12,772 bases of DNA, taken from the NCBI GenBank assembly GCA_029856105.1, contig JAHQWH010000233.1:1-12772 (forward strand). Direction: 5' to 3'. The stretch is from Promethearchaeia archaeon (GTDB lineage: Archaea; Asgardarchaeota; Lokiarchaeia; Sigyniarchaeales; SOKP01). Both the position numbers and the translations under genes were made by a program. Below are positions 8,318 through 12,772 of this stretch, piece by piece. The notes beneath the pieces are model-generated. The model was given only the letters and a program-made list of their open reading frames with translations, was not told the origin of the DNA and did no database searches. The stretch's first letter is position 1. Every line of letters starts with the position of its first letter.

Positions 8318-9076
8318 ATGTCGTTTAATTCGGGGTTTAATTTTTATAGAAAAAACAAGAGAATTCCTTTAGTTTCGAGCGGAGATTCAACGCTAGACGA
8401 GTTATTGGGAGGAGCTGGCTTTCATAAAAACTTAGTTTATCTACTTTATGGCGATAAGAAAAAACTTGCGAACATTCTATTGACCACTGCGGTTATCGCT
8501 CAAAAATCTTTTAACAATGGAGGTTTAGGAGAAGAAATAAAAGTTGCTTTCATTGACGCAAATAACCGCTTTAACCCATATAACGTAAGCAAGTTTGCAG
8601 TTTCCCAAAATTTATTCCCTCGGAAAGTATTAGAGAACATTCTTATTGCCCGCGCGTTTACTTGGGATCAAATGGTAGAGCTTTTAGAAAATCGCCTCTC
8701 TAAGCTTGAGCATGTCAAAGTTGTTTTAATTTCTGGTATTACTACATTGTTTCAGAGTTACGAAAAGCAGATGTTTGAGGATTTACTGAGAGCTATTAAC
8801 GGGATTAAAACGATTCTCTCTAAAACAAGACCACTCATCGTTCTAACTGCCCCCCTAAACGAATATTCTCTCTATAGACCTAATGGCGGAAAAATTCTCT
8901 CCCACTTCGGAAGTGCATTAGCATTGATAAACGAAGACGAGCGATATACAGAATATGTTCTAGTTCAACATCCTTTTTTGCCAGAAAACCGCCTTTTAAA
9001 ATGGAAGCCACGTGCTCCAAAAAAGAACTTAGCAAAGTCAATGAAAAATATGACGTTGGATTGCTGGTTTTCCTAA
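8318..9076 (+). CDS. inactivated RadA/RecA-fold ATPase (PolB2-associated type) with C-terminal PIP-box-like motif
   Basis: RadA-like SSGDSTLDELLGGAGF, VAFIDANNRFNPY, VLENILIARAFTWDQM; Walker A eroded (LYGDKKKLAN), Walker B Asp lost (VVLISG); no N-terminal HhH domain; ends NMTLDCWFS. Confidence 0.85.
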   Translation: MSFNSGFNFYRKNKRIPLVSSGDSTLDELLGGAGFHKNLVYLLYGDKKKLANILLTTAVIAQKSFNNGGLGEEIKVAFIDANNRFNPYNVSKFAVSQNLFPRKVLENILIARAFTWDQMVELLENRLSKLEHVKVVLISGITTLFQSYEKQMFEDLLRAINGIKTILSKTRPLIVLTAPLNEYSLYRPNGGKILSHFGSALALINEDERYTEYVLVQHPFLPENRLLKWKPRAPKKNLAKSMKNMTLDCWFS

Positions 9077-9102
9077 AAATCGAAGATTAAACGATAGTTC
9101 TA

Positions 9103-9507
9103 TTATTTCTTTTTGTATAAATTTGGATTCTTTTTTTCAAGAGTCAAAGGATCGCCACCAAATTGAATTTTTCGTCCTTTATAATAAAGGTCTGATTTCT
9201 TCTCACAAATTTCATTCCACTTAACAATGCCATGCTTCTTTATCATAAGCAAGTTGTAAATTTTTGAATTGTGAGGTAAGAAAATTTCAAAATTTACGAT
9301 CGGCTGTAATTTCTCGCAAGGAAAATCTTCACATTCGTAGCAGAATTTATATCCCTTGCTCGTTACGCATTCAAACGTTTTACATACAGGGAAATCTTTT
9401 ATTTGACCATTCTGCTCCCGGCAACCTTTACACTTATAAACCTTTACTCCCGGGCATCTTTTACAATATATCCCACAAGGGGCGTGCTCCTTTAAATATA
9501 CACTCAT
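9103..9507 (-). CDS. Cys-rich metal-binding protein, DUF3795-like
   Basis: APCGIYCKRC, CKGCR, CKTFEC, FCYECEDFPCEKL pattern. Start uncertain (TTG 9543, ATG 9528 or ATG 9507); ATG 9507 has an SD-like AGGT upstream. Confidence 0.75.
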   Translation of the reverse strand: MSVYLKEHAPCGIYCKRCPGVKVYKCKGCREQNGQIKDFPVCKTFECVTSKGYKFCYECEDFPCEKLQPIVNFEIFLPHNSKIYNLLMIKKHGIVKWNEICEKKSDLYYKGRKIQFGGDPLTLEKKNPNLYKKK

Positions 9508-9555
9508 ATAACAATACCTATTACTCATTTTATTTTTTATCAAAAATAATTTTAT

Positions 9556-10527
9556 TTATTTTATCCCTAAAAGCCTAGCAGCATTTTCGTAGAGCCATTT
9601 TCTTTTAACTTCTTCTTTAAGAGGTAAGTCCATAACGCCATCAGCTAATTGTTTTATTGACATTCCCATAAAAAGCCAAGTTGATCCAAATAGAACTTTA
9701 TCTTGAAGAACTGAATTACCGAAATGAATAAGTTGCTCCCATCCCGTTCCTTTCATACCTATATACTTAGGAATGTAAGATGCAATATCGATATATATGT
9801 TAGGATTTCGCCAAGCAACAGCTACTAATTCGTTTACCCAAGGCCATCCGCCATGTCCCGCAATAATCTTCAATTCAGGAAAATCCTGAGCGACAATATC
9901 TAAGTAGATTGGTCTTTCAACCTCCATATTATTAGTGGAATAATTTATAGAAAGGTGAAACCAAATAGGGATGTCAAGTTCCACGCATGTGGAATAAATT
10001 GGATACATTTTCGCATGATGGGGCGGTATTCCAAACATAAACGGTCTAACAGCTACGCCTCTAAGTCCTAAATCGTAAGATCTTCTTATCTCTCTTACGG
10101 CTTTCATTCGTTTTAAAGGATCAATGCCTGCAAATCCTACGAATTTGTCAGGGTGTTTTTTAACAATATCGGCATAATAGTCGTTTGGAAGCCCAGCAAT
10201 GCCACTCGGCGTTTCTTCGTCAAGATTAAAAATAACAGCTTTTTCAACGCCCATCGTGTCGAGCAGTTTGACAAATTCATCTGTAGTTGACGTCATTTTT
10301 TTTATATTTGGCAAAAAAGGTTTAATCGCATTTCTGAGTTCAGCTGTATTCATTGTTGTTTTCATAACATAAAGTTCTTCTGCCGTTATCCCAAGTAGAG
10401 GAGCAACTCGTGGACCAAAAATATCTTGAAGATATCTAGCCATCTGAGGAGGTAACGACACTAAAAGATCGATAAAGACTTCTTCAGTTGGCACATAACA
10501 AAGGGAATCAATTATCTTATATTTCAT
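9556..10527 (-). CDS. amidohydrolase_2 family TIM-barrel protein with atypical active site
   Basis: PDKFVGFAGIDP, PIWFH, FPELKIIAGHGGWPW, NIYIDIAS, KVLFGSTW, WLYENAARLLG. Confidence 0.88.
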   Translation of the reverse strand: MKYKIIDSLCYVPTEEVFIDLLVSLPPQMARYLQDIFGPRVAPLLGITAEELYVMKTTMNTAELRNAIKPFLPNIKKMTSTTDEFVKLLDTMGVEKAVIFNLDEETPSGIAGLPNDYYADIVKKHPDKFVGFAGIDPLKRMKAVREIRRSYDLGLRGVAVRPFMFGIPPHHAKMYPIYSTCVELDIPIWFHLSINYSTNNMEVERPIYLDIVAQDFPELKIIAGHGGWPWVNELVAVAWRNPNIYIDIASYIPKYIGMKGTGWEQLIHFGNSVLQDKVLFGSTWLFMGMSIKQLADGVMDLPLKEEVKRKWLYENAARLLGIK

Positions 10528-10561
10528 ATTTCATCCAATAATTAAATTTTCATTATAATCT

Positions 10562-10647
10562 TAGAACGTTAATGTTCTATATATTGTTTTTTCGATAGAA
10601 AATTAGAAAATTTTCTAAGTATATTTTTTTTAATGTTTCAGAAGACT
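10562..10647. promoter_or_regulatory. divergent promoter region with two palindromes and the shared TTTCAGAA motif
   Basis: TAGAACgttaatGTTCTA (10562-10579), perfect TTAGAAAATTTTCTAA (10603-10618), ATGTTTCAGAAGACT (10633-10647). Confidence 0.5.
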
Positions 10648-10694
10648 ACCCTTCTGGGTTTGCTTGAAAAACTAAAAAGAAAGTTGAAGTAAAT

Positions 10695-10970
10695 ATGTGT
10701 GGTAGAACAGTACCAAGCTTTCGTCCTGCGCTTGAACACGAGATCGAAAGCTGGAAGGACTATAAAAGAGCGCTTAGGCCAGAAGATCAAAAAATATTTG
10801 ATAAATTAATGAACTTTGCGAGAATTCATGCCGATGCTGGCAGTTTAAGCGCTCGCCCTATGCTTTCAGAAATTCTTTTCATTTCGTTTGCGATTGAGCA
10901 AGAAAAGAAAATTGGGTTGTTGGAAAAAAAGATTATCAAAATAGAGGAAATAATTAAGGGAAAAGAGTAG
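10695..10970 (+). CDS. small alpha-helical PolB2-associated protein (arCOG07300-like)
   Basis: GRTVPSFR...WKDYKRALRPEDQKIFDKLM...ARIHADAG...EQEKKI resembles the small protein found next to archaeal polB2; ends 3 bp before the polymerase start. Confidence 0.8.
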   Translation: MCGRTVPSFRPALEHEIESWKDYKRALRPEDQKIFDKLMNFARIHADAGSLSARPMLSEILFISFAIEQEKKIGLLEKKIIKIEEIIKGKE

Positions 10971-10973
10971 AAG

Positions 10974-12772
10974 TTGGACTCACAGAATGTTTTTGACGGG
11001 TGGCTTTTAGATGTATCTACTTTTAGCGAAGGAGTTATCCTTTGGGTAAAAACCTCAAAAGAGCAGAAGGTAATAAAAATATACCAAGAATTCTGCCCTG
11101 AATTTTTTGCAGTGCCCAGAAATGAATTCGGTAACGACTTAAAGAGATCGAAATATATCCTTACTCAAAATCTAAATGTAAAAGAGGTGCGGATCTGTGA
11201 AAAGTATGCAAAACTGGAAGATCACGAAAAAACGAAAGTTCTTGGTGTCACTGTAACGAAACCCTCGGTATTTAAGAAAACAATAAAAGAAGTTGATAGA
11301 ATAGGACTTTTTATCTTGCATAATACGGATCTTCCGATTACTCAGATGTATTTCTACGTCAATGACATATTCCCTATGTCTTTCTGTCGTTTCAAAGTTA
11401 AAATTGAAAAGGGCAAAGATCAGAGAAGTAATATTTTACGCCTTATTTCTCTAGATTTACAAGATGACAACGAAAAGTTATTCTACGATTTGCCCCCACT
11501 AAAAGCCGTTTGGTTAGATGTAAAAATTCAGTACCAAGGGATAAGACCATATTATAACGATCCCATTTCTCATGCTGAAATCAGTATTGTTGAAAACGAC
11601 GAGAGCAATGTTCCACGAGCAGATGGATACATAAAACGAAAAATATTGATCGATAAAGCAGACGAAGCGGAAACCTTGAAGAGCATAAGCAAAGTAATCG
11701 AACATCTCGATCCTGATATAATTCTTACCCAAAATGGGGACGAATTTCTCCTTCCGTATTTAGTTACTCGGGCTTCAGAGAATCGAGTAACAAAAGATCT
11801 TTACCTTTCTCGGGATAAAAAGCCATTGGTGAACTGTCTTTTCGATCTTTCCGGTGGTTCAGATCATTATATGTCTTATGGTATAATAAGACGGCGTTCA
11901 AAGACTCAAGTCTATTTAACTGGCAGATTTCATTTGGACACAACAACATACGCCAGTCTCCATTTTACGGAAGGAAATATTCCAGGCGTTATTGAAGTCG
12001 CCCGTATATCGCGAATCTCGCTCCAAAGATTAAGCCGCATAACTATTGGAGGGGCACTCCAGTCGATTCAATTTTATAACGCTTATAAACTTGACCATTT
12101 AATTCCTCCATTCAAGAAAAATCCGGAAGGGTTCAATACTGGAATGGATCTAATTAGAAGCGATCGTGGAGGCCACATATTCGAACCGATCATTGGAGTT
12201 TTTGATCAAGTGGTGGAACTAGACTTTTCTTCTATGTATCCTTCTTTAATGGCAAACTTTAATATTTCTTCGGAAACCATTAATTGCAAGTGTTGTAAAG
12301 ACGACGGTACAGGTGTAAAAGTTCCAGGATTGGACTTTCATATTTGTTCAAAAAGACAAGGAATCATATCGAAATCAATAAGTCTGCCTTTATCAAAAAG
12401 ATTAAAGTACAAAGAGTATGTCCGCAAAACTGGGAACCTCCGCTATAAATTCACTGACATTGCTCTAAAATGGGTACTCGTAGTCAGTTTCGGGTATTTA
12501 GGGTTTAAAAATGCTCGTTTCGGAAAGATCGAAGCTCATCAAACGGTTTGTGCCTTTGCTCGTGAATTCCTTATGCGCTCTGCGGAGATAGCAGAAGAAT
12601 ATGGCTGCAAAATTATTCACGGTATTGTGGATTCTGTTTGGCTTAAAGACACAAAAAGTAGGACTCCCGAGGAGTTCGAAGTAGTAACTAAAAAAATTGC
12701 CGAAAAAATAACTGAACAAGTGGGTATTCCAATGAGCTGGGACGGAAGGTACAATTTTATCGTTTTTCTTCC
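10974..12772 (+). CDS. polB2: family B DNA polymerase, archaeal PolB2 group (3'-truncated by the window, at least 599 codons)
   Basis: Hand translation from TTG 10974 (MDSQNVFDGWLLDV...) shows no stop to the window end. Motifs: DRGGHIFEP, motif A ELDFSSMYPS (Asp codon 12222), motif B LKWVLVVSFGYLG (Lys codon 12468), motif C HGIVDSVW (from 12618); degenerate Exo motifs. Confidence 0.93.
   Translation, partial: MDSQNVFDGWLLDVSTFSEGVILWVKTSKEQKVIKIYQEFCPEFFAVPRNEFGNDLKRSKYILTQNLNVKEVRICEKYAKLEDHEKTKVLGVTVTKPSVFKKTIKEVDRIGLFILHNTDLPITQMYFYVNDIFPMSFCRFKVKIEKGKDQRSNILRLISLDLQDDNEKLFYDLPPLKAVWLDVKIQYQGIRPYYNDPISHAEISIVENDESNVPRADGYIKRKILIDKADEAETLKSISKVIEHLDPDIILTQNGDEFLLPYLVTRASENRVTKDLYLSRDKKPLVNCLFDLSGGSDHYMSYGIIRRRSKTQVYLTGRFHLDTTTYASLHFTEGNIPGVIEVARISRISLQRLSRITIGGALQSIQFYNAYKLDHLIPPFKKNPEGFNTGMDLIRSDRGGHIFEPIIGVFDQVVELDFSSMYPSLMANFNISSETINCKCCKDDGTGVKVPGLDFHICSKRQGIISKSISLPLSKRLKYKEYVRKTGNLRYKFTDIALKWVLVVSFGYLGFKNARFGKIEAHQTVCAFAREFLMRSAEIAEEYGCKIIHGIVDSVWLKDTKSRTPEEFEVVTKKIAEKITEQVGIPMSWDGRYNFIVFL

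Noticed and set aside
8318-9076. Calling the RecA-fold gene radA or radB
   Set aside because: Walker A GKT and the Walker B Asp are absent and there is no N-terminal domain; not a canonical recombinase
9264-9578. 104-aa plus-strand ORF
   Set aside because: Antisense to the DUF3795-like gene, whose Cys pattern is far more convincing
10564-10577. GAAC-N6-GTTC as a LexA/SOS box
   Set aside because: The Gram-positive SOS box is GAAC-N4-GTTC, so the spacing is wrong, and the host appears archaeal; kept only as a generic palindrome
11514-12719. Three short minus-strand ORFs (11514-11732, 11764-11949, 12498-12719)
   Set aside because: All are antisense to the uninterrupted polB2 frame
10974-12772. 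Polymerase as a viral, casposon or pipolin mobile-element gene
   Set aside because: Motifs fit cellular PolB2; no integrase, Cas1, terminal repeats or capsid genes in the window

Overview
AT-rich archaeal chromosomal window, most consistent with Asgard archaea (Lokiarchaeia-like). This assignment is inferred from a Rab-like small GTPase, an expanded acyl-CoA ligase set and archaeal TATA/SD signals. Gene order: proteasome alpha subunit (-), Rab-like GTPase (-), sirtuin (+), three tandem long-chain acyl-CoA ligase paralogs (-) that each carry a copy of the same promoter, an ATPase-dead RadA/RecA-fold protein ending in a PIP-box-like motif (+), a Cys-rich DUF3795-like protein (-), an amidohydrolase with a degenerate metal site (-), a small helical protein (arCOG07300-like, +) and a PolB2-type DNA polymerase. 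The polymerase starts at TTG 10974, is missing from the ORF track and runs off the window end. The most interesting system is a candidate archaeal 'mutasome' (inactive RadA + small subunit + proofreading-deficient PolB2). It is split by two opposite-strand genes, yet both halves carry a similar 15-bp motif 61-62 bp before their start codons. No rRNA, tRNA, CRISPR array or recognisable mobile element was seen.
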